A stretch of 63,340 nt of DNA, filler included, from Phoronis australis (taxonomy: Eukaryota; Animalia; Phoronida), in assembly GCA_002633005.1 (NCBI GenBank). It is 8 parts of 8 records of this genome, joined end to end, with 100 filler letters (N's around TTAATTAATTAA, not from the genome) between each part and the next. Parts side by side here need not be neighbours in the genome. Positions count along the whole stretch, not along the records: positions 45,173 to 52,049 come from NMRA01002099.1; positions 52,150 to 54,578 come from NMRA01003674.1; positions 54,679 to 61,224 come from NMRA01002148.1; 5 more parts are not named here. One strand, written 5' to 3'. The stretch's first letter is position 1. Every line of letters begins with the position of its first letter. Positions 47,101 to 59,040 of the stretch are shown here, piece after piece. The translations under genes were made by a program, and so were the position numbers. Below the pieces are notes generated by a model. It ran no database searches and had not been told where the DNA came from. It was given only the letters and a program-made list of their open reading frames with translations.

Positions 47101-47286
47101 CTCGTTGACAACTGGAAACTGGTGTCCACTCTCCATCTGCTTGACATATTGATATTCCTCCGCCCTCTATGACGTCACCATCCCGCAAGCACGTGTACAC
47201 AGCTTTTGCCTGGTAATCGGTGGAAGTAAATGTCGGATGAGAGTCGTGGGTCTGCGGTGGATGGCCGCAGTTTATAGATGAGGTGG
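47101..47286 (-). CDS. Sushi/CCP domain exon (phase 1-1) of an unidentified extracellular protein
   Basis: CGHPP...AVYTCLRDG...GISICQADGEWTPVSSC; TTTTTACAG acceptor, GTAAGT donor. Confidence 0.85.
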
Positions 47287-50200
47287 CTGTAAAAATAAGC
47301 TTTTTAAGAATTCTTGCTTTTTGACTGAAGTCAACTCGAGTTTTAGAAGAATTTAAGAACCTCAATATTGTGCTAAACGCCCCCACAACCACGCGCACAT
47401 CCAGAGTTTTTCTTTCCGCTTCATTTCACCCTATTTAGGCATAGTTGGCTAAGAACCGAAAATTGAATTAGGCCGTTTAGTCTCTTAAAATCGGTCTCAC
47501 AATAGTCCTTAATACCATGAACGAATTATTCTACATGTGTATTTTCATTGCCAAAAGGACATCGAAACTGCTTGCAAATCAATAAAATGTTTAGTAATTT
47601 ATCAAGGTTGGCCAATCTTAATTCGAAAATGGCCTGTGAGTTGCAGGCTCATTCGAAAATAAATCAAGATCGAATGAGATCCATAATGTCTTTAAAATCC
47701 AAAGCGCCCCGATTAAGAAAGTCAGTTTTAAACTAATGTAAGGGCACCACAATTTCGAAACAAAAGAAACCTGTAACACTTACAACTGTAGCAAAATATA
47801 CAAAAAGCGGACACGGCAAATACAAGAGATAAAAAAAAAAACTAGCCAGTCAGCTACCTGTACGAAGACTGACGTCAAAATACAGCTTGGAACTGCTTAG
47901 CCTTGGAGAAAAGCTATGTAGTGAGCTTCGCACAAACGTGGGAAACAAACTGGCCTAGTAAAATTGACAAAATTAGTGACATGAAAAGTACTCTCCTCCT
48001 TGAGCAAACTAAATTATTTGCTGGTGTTAGAAAAAATGGCGTTCTACTGTTAATCAATGGTAAAGTGTGTGCTACTGAATAACACCTACGTGTTCTCCAC
48101 ACGCAGGTAACCGCTAAAGTTGTCAAGCGCACTCATGCGCCGGCATTCGGCGCCATGAAACATAGCGTCACCTATCGGACAGCTTCTTTTTTTCAACCAT
48201 TCGTTTATAGACTGTTCTTTTTCCACGGGGTTGCGTACATGTCACAGGAAATTAGCGGAATTGGTTTCACTTCGTTTAAAGTATTTTAGTTAATACCAGT
48301 AAATCAGATTTCTGGGCAAATGAAATGACATCCCTGAATTTTTGAAGCATACATCAGAAGACATTGAGGGAGATTGAATGAAGTCACTTGGGTTGCGGCT
48401 GTAGTTGAATCCACTCGAAAATCAACGGCAGGTGCTCTTATCAACACGATCACACCTGTCCCCTCTCATTGTGATTTTTCAAGCAGTTTAACGACCTAGG
48501 AGGCGGACAAAAAGGCAGAACGACATATTTGATAAGCATTAGGGGGTGCAGCATTGATTTATTCCCCCTGAAACGCCGTCTCCTTGGTAGTAACTTCTTT
48601 GCTAAATTCCCACGAACTTGAAGCAAACGAAAATAAACTAAAATTGCTACAAAGGGTGCTACAATAGTTGGACCCATTTCCACTAGGGAACTTAGTAGAC
48701 ACTGAGCCAAAGGCAATATAGAACAAAACTGCCACCAAGGGGCACCAGCGGTAGGACCTGTCCTTAAATCAGAGTCAAGCGTGCTCGTAGAAGGAACACA
48801 TCTGAAAATTTTTGTGACCATCTTCATACGACTAATGGATAAAAAGCGGGCACCAAACATCCAAACATAACAATTAGCCACCGGGGATCGCACAATGAAT
48901 CAACTTTGTCGAAAACAGACAATCGTCGTCACCTCCTTAAAGAAAACCGATTTCCTCAATTTCATGAACTTCCATCAAGGATTTGCCAAGATATACATGT
49001 AGAAGCAAACGAAGAAAATAAATTGCCATTACAGGGCACAGCGGTACTCGGATCCGTCCACAAATGTCGTCGTCATGCGATGTCACATTCATGGGAACAC
49101 ATTTGTCAAATATCACAAGGATCCAGCAAGGCTTACAACAAATAGTAACGGACGGAGGACGGGAAGGCATGACGGCAGTATGCGTCTGTAAGGCACGTAA
49201 GTTTACTTGTACGTGGGCGCATGATAAGCACCAAAGTACTGACTAAACATGTACTAAGCACACGTATCTGCGTGCCAAAAGGATGGCGATTCTTGGGGGA
49301 GAAAGGCTTCCACACACATGACGATTTCTGAAAGCGATCAGCCAATTCTTTAGGTGCATTTTAAATGCAACAAGTGGCCTCGCATTTTTAGTCGGGGGTT
49401 TCAGTCCGAGAACCCTGATGTCAAAAGTCAAGACTTCTAAAAACCTTGAATTCTTCATTCGTACTACTGTAGGACAAAGTTCCATTTTAATTCAATCAAT
49501 TATTGTTAAATTCTCTCATAACTGTACCTTTTCAGCTGGCAGTGTTACACACGCTGCCTCGGTGTTTGCCCACTCTGACGAAAGGAATTACCTGCTAAGC
49601 TATACCAAATAGGCACCAAAACGTGCTAAAGAATAAAGTGCTACAAATTTTAACATGAACCCTAAGAGTCATGTCGAAGTCCATTTTTTCAATACAACTG
49701 TAAATTTCGTGTCGGCCAACATTTTCCCAGAGAAATAAATCCCTTACAGTAATTAGACAGCTCTGGAAAAACTGCTAAGTGCAGACACGCGTGTGCATAC
49801 AGTATGTCTACGTGGGCCGGCGTTTCATTAAACCTTTTCTCTGTCTTTCATTTGACTTAGACCAAAATCGGGCTCACGTGGGGCCAATATGTCTTAGCCC
49901 TGATTCAAGAAATTCCTTTACATCAAAATTAAGAGGCTAATCGGTCTAAGCTAACGAAAATAAGCTTGCTGTGAAGTAGACTTAAGACTGAAGTGTTGGT
50001 GAAAATGACTAGAATTTACAACTATACTGTCAACCGTTGAGGAACAAATTTCAAAGCTATCGGTACTAAAAATGTCAATGAAGATCGTCTACTTTAGATT
50101 TAAGAACTCGGCAAAGCGGGGTAGCCTCGTAGAGAGAATTCAATGCGATGTACCTGCGCACGCAAAATGTTTTCCAGCCATACCAGGGACTTCTCACACA

Positions 50201-50600
50201 AACGAAATCCCACATGTATCCAAGATATTGGAAATAAGTCTCCATTTATAGTTTCAAGGCAAAGATTAATTTTGAAACCGTATTCACAAACCACACGCTT
50301 AATTTCGTGAACTCGCAATAATAGCAAAAGCGTAGTTTGAATCGGGCTCCACGGTCCATTTCCCAGGCAGACAGACACACATGTTGGCGCCTCAGGTGGT
50401 ATGTAAGAGAAATGTTACATTTGGTGACACCACTGTTGATTAGTAGGCGAGATTCATGCTCTTAATGGATGGCGGAGGGCCGCACGTAGTCGTTCTCATG
50501 TTCAAAATTTAAATAAATGTTATGCTTCACCTACATGTAGGACTGACAAAATACATTATGACACGAGAGCTCACAGCTGGTTGCGAATCTGAATAATTAA

Positions 50601-52049
50601 GAGACAGTCCATATAAAAACCAGTAGATTTTCAAAAATCAGTCTATACGTCAAAATTTAAAACAACTTCATTTTTTGTACATGGGTAGGTATCCTAACAT
50701 AAACCCAAATGCCAAATTTTGTGCACTCAATGACCCCTAATTTCGCCGCTGGAGCATGATAACACAAATTGGCACAATTGGGCATATTAGCCGTCTCAAA
50801 AATCGCATGTTTTCAGCAACAAAAATGAGTAACATACAAAATAGATCAAAAGCTATATTTTGGTGGCTGAAATAACCAACGTATACTNCATTTTAAAAAG
50901 ACAAAATGGCGGACGATGTCGATGGGCTTTCATGTTCCTGTAGAGTTTATTCTGCAAAAAATCCGATCACAAAAGCTTTGTGCTTTAGTGAGTTATGTCA
51001 AAGACACCACTGAACATTTGAGATACAGGAAACTACCTCACAAAGCAAGGCCTGTGCCAGAGTACGCACTCGTACTACCCAGAGTCGGTGAATTTCTGAC
51101 TGAAAAGGACCAGTCATGGAAGAGTCAGGTAATGCTGGATGTTACAACTCTGCTCCTCTCCTCCTGAACGTAGCAGCCTTGTCAAATTCTACCGTCATTT
51201 CTGTTTCGAGATATGACTTTAGTGAAAGTCAGAATGGAAAGGATCTCTGTGATCGCAAGATCGCTCCTCTCAAACAACATGCAAAGTACTTTGTAGCCGA
51301 AGGTAACAATATCATAAACTTTCCGGATTTGAAAGAAGCATTACTTTCCAGTGGCCGTGTGAAGGGATGTTATGTGTATGCATGTTCAGTCAATGCAACA
51401 AAGTCTTTTGCAAAATACTCAGTTCCTGGTATAAGCACATTCCCAAATTCCCACTATTCCACCCAAGGAATTCGCGTGTGGAAATCATTCCATGTAGGTG
51501 ACGATAAGTTCTTACAAATACTGAGAAAATGGGAAACCTATTTCTCTGAAATACACTAACATCTCCAGACATGGCGGATTTTCAACACCAAGACTTAAGG
51601 TTGGCACTGTATCTAGTGAACAGCCTCAACAAAAGTTCCCTTGTACCCAGCATGGTTACTCGAAAATGTTTGCTACAGACGCAGAACTAGGTCAGCATTT
51701 GGATGTTGGTAACCATACTGAACATTTACAGAGGGAAACCACGTATGACTACATCGCACGACAGTGGTCAGAAATGCTCTCAGATGCAAGAACCGGAGAG
51801 TAAATTGAGGCAGCCTCAGAGTACTATTTGGATGAGACGAATGCTGAAGCAATAGGTTAGGCATTGAAAAAAGGTAAAAGGTCAACAAGATTTTCAGCAA
51901 AGGTTAAGAACTTTCTGACGAACATATTCGATGAAGGAGATAAGTCAGGTACAAACTTCACCCTCGGAAGTGACAAAATGGAGAAAACATTACGAGAACC
52001 CACTGGTAAAGTGTTTACCTGTGATATTAAGTGAATCGCATATTGGTGG
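50601..52049 (+). mobile_element. Sola3-like DNA transposon remnant
   Basis: TTAA|GAG terminus; SGNAGCYN, YDFSESQNGKDLCDRKIA, C2H2-like FPCTQHGYSKMF...QHLDVGNH, G*ALK...RFSAKVKNFL; stops and frameshifts. Confidence 0.75.
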
Positions 52050-53523
52050 NNNNNNNNNNNNNNNNNNNNNNNNNNNNNNNNNNNNNNNNNNNNTTAATTA
52101 ATTAANNNNNNNNNNNNNNNNNNNNNNNNNNNNNNNNNNNNNNNNNNNNCGCGTGCTAGCGAGTTATCGCTACTACACGTGAGTCTTATACGTAAATCAA
52201 AAATTGTAACGATCAAGTGTCAATGTGTTGACGAGCAAATGATCGAAATTTGACTTTCCGTACTCGTCCGCATTACCGCCCAGGGTGCTTAAATTGGGAA
52301 TCTAAAAAAAACAATTCGTGTGCAGTAAGCCGAGCATGGGTGATCAAAGTCGAAAATTTTTCAAAGAGTTGTTGCTTACTGCACGGAGGACCGATTTTAC
52401 CCTGACGTAGCTACACTGACGTTGGACTTCATGCATATCAGTTAAAATATAAGTCGGGGGATTGAAGTACCGGTCTTCGACGGCCTGCGCTCAAGGAGTG
52501 GCATCGTGATCCTGAGTGTGATTGGATGTTTATGTACCTAAAGTATTCCTGTATTTTTAAGGGAAGCACTCGATTTGCTTCCCACTGGACACTTTGGCAA
52601 CCAACCATGTGCTAGTGACTGACAGGTCTTGCTGAATACTTTGAACTTAGTTAGGCAAGCAGACACCTGCTAATGTTTGACAGGTCTTCTTATTGAATAC
52701 TTTCAACAGTCAACATTTTATATACATTGTATATTTCTTTTTGAGTTCGAAGCCAACACCACTGTTGTTCAAAGCACATTCTCAACAATCGGAAGATACC
52801 ACTATTAGGGAATAGGGGTACTCGGTCAGCTGCCAAAATAATGAAGCAAAAACACATCCTGTAAAAAGTCATTAGATGTATCAAAAGTTCAAAAAAATAA
52901 GTTTTTGTTGTGGAACGTGGACAAAATGTTCGACTTGCACTAATTACAAGTTGATTTTTTGCACTCTTGCCTTTGGTTGGGCGCTTCCATTTTGGTGTCA
53001 GAAGTGAAAACCATTAAAAACATGTGTTTAACCAAGACGAATGAGACGTATTGTCGGGAACCTGGCGTGTGTTCAAAACGCTCGGAACTACGCTAGGACC
53101 TAGCTAAAATCGAAACTTTGCCAGATTTCGTGAGATACTGTCGTGTATTTAAATGAGAACACGTCACGTTGGCTAGAACTATTCGAATGCAAGTGCTTTA
53201 TATTGCATCCAATTATGAGCTCCTGCACAATCTAAGCAACACCTTGGCGATTTGTGCCACATCTTACCGACACTGATGACTAAACAAGTGAGGTATCACT
53301 GCTACGAAGATGTTCTGATCGTTCAGATTTACTATAGTTTCCAAAAACTCACAAGTTGCCCCGCCGTGAGCTTGTCTGGACCAACAAATTGGTTGTCCCG
53401 GGCAGTCGGACTACCGTTAGTGTCGAGCTCTGATGTATTAAACCAGGATTATTATTGCGTTTTAAATTTTATTTGTGTATCAATGTATTGTCTCCTTACA
53501 TTGTTTGTATTTGCCTGCAATAG

Positions 53524-53775
53524 TTAGCGGAAAGTCAAGTGTTCACAGCAAGCACTCAGCAGGCCCCCACCATCGACACTTTCTCAGCAACAGATGCCAA
53601 CGACACGGCCCCTCTCGGCAGCAGTGTCACGACAGCAACCACGCTGCCTAGCAACACGCAGGCGTTCCAACAGACGAGGCTGGATGTGGGCTCACTATTT
53701 GACAAGTCTGACACGGACCAGTTCACCGCCCAGTACAACAAACAGGCAACAGAGAGTCTCAAGACGGCCATGGGC
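53524..53775 (+). CDS. Orphan internal exon, Thr/Ser/Ala-rich, product unknown
   Basis: Pyrimidine tract plus AATAG acceptor, 84 open codons, GC-richer than flanks, GGC|GTGAGT donor. Confidence 0.55.
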
Positions 53776-54391
53776 GTGAGTCAGGTCCTTCTTTCTGGAG
53801 GCTTTTATGACTGATCCTATATAAAAGACTTAAGTTCATAACATACTGGAACTTATTTAACTGCAAAAAATCCAGCTACGCACAGAGAAAATTTACTTTG
53901 GTCTGGTCAGACCTTGTACGGATTATTGGCTTTTCTAAATTCCAGAGTTAAGCGCATTGGCAAACAATCATTCATCTCAATGTTACACAGTAAGAGGAAA
54001 CTTAGCATGGATAATTTATGATCATGACTATTTTAGGAACTGCCAACTCTAACTTCAGTCTCTTTATACAAAACGCAGGGCTCAATCTTTAGCATGGGGT
54101 AAAATCGCCAAGTGCGACCTAGCAAAATCATGTGCACAGACTTGTGTTCATTGGGGAGTAAGACATAATGTGTTCTCAATAGGCAGGTCACTTCACTTAC
54201 TAGTTTTTCTCCGAGGTAGCTCTAATTAACACTAATCAGTTGTCTGTAAAACATAACTGGAGATCTGCATTTTTACTAGAGATAACATCAGAACCGGTTG
54301 GCTACCTTTCCCTTTAAATTATAAAGTGTAATAACGCGCAAGGGCCATTTTCTTGTTGTATCCAGTCTCCATCAAACTGTTCAGTAAACAC

Positions 54392-54578
54392 ATACAGCAC
54401 ACATCACGAATTTTTGGCCGCCCGGTCGGAAATTGGTCGACGACTAGCCGTCGACCGGTCGTCTAATTTGCCGACCGGTCGGCTAAAAATTAGCCGACCG
54501 GCAGCCGACCGGCAGCCGCCCGCAGTGCCGACTCATAAGGCGACTCCCCAGCCGACCCTTCAGCCGACCGGCCATCAG
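54392..54578. repeat. GCCGAC/GTCGG motif array at ~11-bp spacing, probable TIR-element end truncated by a linker
   Basis: AGCCGACCGGC repeated; preceded by TACAGCAC...GAATTTTT. Confidence 0.55.
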
Positions 54579-54678
54579 NNNNNNNNNNNNNNNNNNNNNN
54601 NNNNNNNNNNNNNNNNNNNNNNTTAATTAATTAANNNNNNNNNNNNNNNNNNNNNNNNNNNNNNNNNNNNNNNNNNNN

Positions 54679-55595
54679 TGGTGAAGCTGAATGAACCCCT
54701 GAGACAACTCTTGAGGAAAGACCAAGCCTTCCAATGGGATGAACCTCAACAGAGATCCTTTCAACAAGTAAAAGAAGCACTCGTCCCAACAGTCACACTG
54801 GCCCACTACGACCCTAGTCGTGAGACCATAGTAGCAGCTGATGCAAGCGGCATTGGTGCTGTATTGCTCCAAATTGATTCTGGTGGTAACAGAAGACCAG
54901 TGTGCTTTGCGTCCAGATCACTTAACGACACGGAGAAACGTTATGCAGTGATAGAAAAGGAAGCACTAGCAGCCACCTGGGCTTGCGAGAAGTTCTGAAC
55001 CTTCATTCTTGGACTCAAGTTTACCCTGGAGACCGACCATAAACCACTAGTGCCTCTACTGTCATCAACTGACTTGTCTAAGATGCCACCTCGAGTGCTA
55101 CGTTTCCGTCTCCGTTTGATGAAATTCAGCCCCACGATAAACCACTTTCCAGGAAAGAACCGCCTGATTGCAGATGCCTTGTCCCGAGCTCCGGTTGACA
55201 AACCTTCAGTTCCTGATGAGATATTCCTAGACGTAGTTGAAGATCAAGCTGAGTATACAGTTAAATACTTACCTGCAACACAAGGTCGTCTGAATCAGAT
55301 TAACGAAGCAAAACGTAGCGATGCAACATGTGGTGAAGTCATCAAGTACTGCCAAAATGGTTGGCCTGCTTTCTCTGCAGATACGCTACTGAAACCTTAC
55401 TACGAGAAAAAGCAACATCTCACCATCATAGATGGACTACTGATGTACAACGACCGTATTGTTATTCCCCAGTCGATGCAGTTGGAGGTGCTAAACCAAA
55501 TCCACCAAGGTCATCTAGGGATAACGAAGTGCCGAGCAAGAGCCATGGAATCTGTTTGGTGGCCACGCATCAGTACACAGATTGAGGCAATGTGT
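54679..55595 (+). mobile_element. Ty3/Gypsy LTR retrotransposon pol fragment (RT connection, RNase H, integrase zinc-binding start), one nonsense codon
   Basis: ADAS.GIGAVLLQ, FASRSL, YAVIEKEALA, EKF*TF...ETDHKPL, ADALSR, IHQGHLGITKCRARAMESVWWP. Confidence 0.93.
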
Positions 55596-56308
55596 NNNNN
55601 NNNNNNNNNNNNNNNNNNNNNNNNNNNNNNNNNNNNNNNNNNNNNNNNNNNNNNNNNNNNNNNNNNNNNNNNNNNNNNNNNNNNNNNNNNNNNNNNNNNN
55701 NNNNNNNNNNNNNNNNNNNNNNNNNNNNNNNNNNNNNNNNNNNNNNNNNNNNNNNNNNNNNNNNNNNNNNNNNNNNNNNNNNNNNNNNNNNNNNNNNNNN
55801 NNNNNNNNNNNNNNNNNNNNNNNNNNNNNNNNNNNNNNNNNNNNNNNNNNNNNNNNNNNNNNNNNNNNNNNNNNNNNNNNNNNNNNNNNNNNNNNNNNNN
55901 NNNNNNNNNNNNNNNNNNNNNNNNNNNNNNNNNNNNNNNNNNNNNNNNNNNNNNNNNNNNNNNNNNNNNNNNNNNNNNNNNNNNNNNNNNNNNNNNNNNN
56001 NNNNNNNNNNNNNNNNNNNNNNNNNNNNNNNNNNNNNNNNNNNNNNNNNNNNNNNNNNNNNNNNNNNNNNNNNNNNNNNNNNNNNNNNNNNNNNNNNNNN
56101 NNNNNNNNNNNNNNNNNNNNNNNNNNNNNNNNNNNNNNNNNNNNNNNNNNNNNNNNNNNNNNNNNNNNNNNNNNNNNNNNNNNNNNNNNNNNNNNNNNNN
56201 NNNNNNNNNNNNNNNNNNNNNNNNNNNNNNNNNNNNNNNNNNNNNNNNNNNNNNNNNNNNNNNNNNNNNNNNNNNNNNNNNNNNNNNNNNNNNNNNNNNN
56301 NNNNNNNN
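55596..56308. other. Sized assembly gap (713 N)
   Basis: N run with no linker motif. Confidence 0.97.
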
Positions 56309-57470
56309 GTCTGCTTGTCATCCACGCATTTCTGTTCTGACGGCCTGCAGTTTTTCTCTCATCAACCACAGTTGTTCACTTCTTACTTAGTTCTTTTCTC
56401 ATTAATCGTTTTGAATATATTGTTCGTCATCAGAGTTCTTTTCTCACATACCGCATTCATTAGTCAAAAAGTCTTGTCTTCCATTCCATACCACAGCGCA
56501 CATGCTACTCAGTCCGAGGCGACCAATTTGTACTAATTATGACAAAGATTTCTTTACTGTATTTTTTCTCCATGTCCCTGCCAATTTCTAACGATTGACA
56601 CGGGACTTTATTGGTAAGGTCGCCCGGGTGCAGGCGTGTGATTTATGATAAGTGATTTGTCATAATTTTGTGAAGTCTCCCTCATTTACAGTGGTTTTGG
56701 CCGATATATGACCACTTTCATACACATTCTGTCTAAATTCACTTCAGAGACCTCAACCTGCCTGACCTCAATGCCAGACCACTGTTTTGGATTTCAATAC
56801 TGGAACTGAGGATTTTAAGTGTACATCATTAAGAACTTCACTGCCACGTTCTAGATCATGCAAAAATTTTAAAAGGTCTCAGCGGTCTAAACTCACCATT
56901 TCGTGTGCGCAGGGTTGAAAAGAAAAATAAACCGAAGTTAAAGATCGAGCGCTACCTTTCGAAAATGTGGAACTATAACTGGCTTTTTGCTGACCTCTTT
57001 CCCTTATACGTTCTAGCCTCTAATGCACATTTGCTCCTACCAGGCCGATCGTTTTGTCTCCTGCACAGACCCGTACCAAAGATACTATATCCCAAGATGG
57101 CCGTCCTAGTGTAATTTGCCTAGTCACACATTTGGAACAGCGCCACCTATTACCTGGAGACCAAGTTGTATTCGGAGACCCTCAAACCAGGTCTGAGCCT
57201 GTGGTGAAGATTGTAACTAACTTGAATAAAAACTTGTATCTATAAAATCTTTGCCTGCACTCTAGATTGGCTTCACAGGCGCTATCCGTGACGTCAGAGT
57301 GTGAGCCCCGGGAACCAGGGTAGTCTATTACAGTGGTTTTTCTGGGAAAAATCAGCCAGCTATGCGACAAGGTTTTCAGGAAACAGGTCGCCTTTCAACT
57401 ATTCAACCGAGTAAGCCACAGGCACTAAAGCTACACTGCCTCCTGGATGACCAAACTTCATAAAAATATG

Positions 57471-57504
57471 GGTTCGACTACACGTTAAATCGTGTAGTCG
57501 AACC
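57471..57504. repeat. Perfect 14-bp stem hairpin with 6-nt loop
   Basis: GGTTCGACTACACG-TTAAAT-CGTGTAGTCGAACC. Confidence 0.9.
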
Positions 57505-57821
57505 TATTGTGGTCTCAGGTCCTGGCATCGTTGTGCCCTCGGATTCCCATGCCTGTGGGCGTGTTAGGTGAAGATGGGGGTAAGACTGAAATCGGTATAG
57601 CTAGAAGCGCGTGCAGTATGAGTTTATAAAGAAAACGTCTCAACGGTTTATTATATAGGCTACCTTTAGGTTGGACACAACAAAGTTGCCATAGGCTACG
57701 TGATTGTGTACACAAAAGCGTGATGACATTTGTAAGAGTATCGCATACTTGGTGTATTGGCTTTGAGAATGACGGGAAACACATTGCACAAGGTCGTATT
57801 ATAGAGAACATGAGGGCAGAG

Positions 57822-58059
57822 CAGAGGCGGATCTACAGGGGGGGTTCAGGGGGTTTAAACCCCCCCCCTCGGGACAGGATCAAAAATAAAAACTGGAAAA
57901 AAATCGCCAGGAAAACGAAATTAGCTACTGAAAATCCCAAAAAATCTTACACGGGAGGAGGAAAACCCTCTCGCGACCTGCCTTCTCCTCGGCGCTACGC
58001 GCCTCGGATTGTTTCGAATCCTAACCCCCCCCCTTACTGAAATCGTAGATCTGCCTCTG
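57822..58059. mobile_element. MITE, CAG...CTG termini, 5-bp TSD CAGAG
   Basis: CAGAGGCGGATCTAC...GTAGATCTGCCTCTG flanked by CAGAG on both sides. Confidence 0.85.
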
Positions 58060-58727
58060 CAGAGACTTATGTATGCTATCAGGTCCTGGAAGAAGTTAGC
58101 TAATTTTTCAAGCTGTACATAAAATCATAAATCACTGATTTATTATACGGTACATCATGGATGCGGCCCGGGGAAAAAACTCAGAGACGGGTAATAAAAT
58201 TACGGATTGCAGGAATGGGAATTTTTAAAACTTTAGCAAACGCGATGAAAGTTACAAGTGTATTGCACACACCTTTGCAATCATTATTGAAAAAATTAGT
58301 GAGCGTTTTATAATTAGATGAACTAGTTGTTCTATATGAACAGAAAGTAATCGATATTTTTCCCCCAAATAATATTGAAAATTGAAATTAATTGAATTAA
58401 GAAGTTGGATCTTAAAATTAATAAAGTTGATACTCTTACCGAATATAAACTAGACCCCATAGAATCCCCAAGTTAAATATTCAAGAATCTTTCCAGAGGC
58501 TCGAGAGAATCCGACCAGATAGATCCAGGGGTTCGGAGGGTTCGATCGAACCCCTGCGAAAAAGATCCAGCCCCAGCATATCCGTTACAGGATATAGACG
58601 AATACAAAAATGAACAAAATTTTTGTAGTTATCACCTGTACCACTATCTACTATAATAATCACGTTGGTAATAATTTCAAATTTGGTTCGGAATCAAAGC
58701 GCTTTACGTAATCACTTGCACCGTACC

Positions 58728-59040
58728 CAGGGGCGGATCCAGGATTTTGAGAGTAAGGGGAAGGGCAGGGCACGGGAATAAGCAGAATTTCGCCAGATGC
58801 GCCCGCCCAGCCTAAAATTTGTTGACGCAGAGGTCTCGAGCCTCGAATGGTTGGGGTTGCGGACCTGTTGACTAAAAAAGGTAAACGGTGTTTGTTCAGT
58901 TTGTTCAGGGCCTATGCGTTGTTTATTCACACCCGGCAAGCCCGTGCTTGCCGCGCACCCGAACTCCTAAATGGTATCTGGTAGAATTTGGGGGGGGGCA
59001 TGGCCCCATTGCCCCCCCTCCCCGGGTAGATCCGCCACTG
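58728..59040. mobile_element. MITE, CAG...CTG termini, 5-bp TSD GTACC
   Basis: CAGGGGCGGATC...GATCCGCCACTG flanked by GTACC on both sides. Confidence 0.85.

Noticed and set aside
28004-47286. Complement-like cluster (C3 + sushi + GPI mucin) near an O-glycosyltransferase
   Set aside because: The fragments lie on separate contigs joined by artificial linkers, so linkage is unsupported.
48300-49200. Decayed coding-like region with a possible P-loop (PPGI..STL)
   Set aside because: Needs several assumed frameshifts, and the frames I translated contain multiple stops.
55515-56536. Long ORFs of 250-446 aa
   Set aside because: They run through the N gap; only 54679-55595 is real Gypsy pol sequence.
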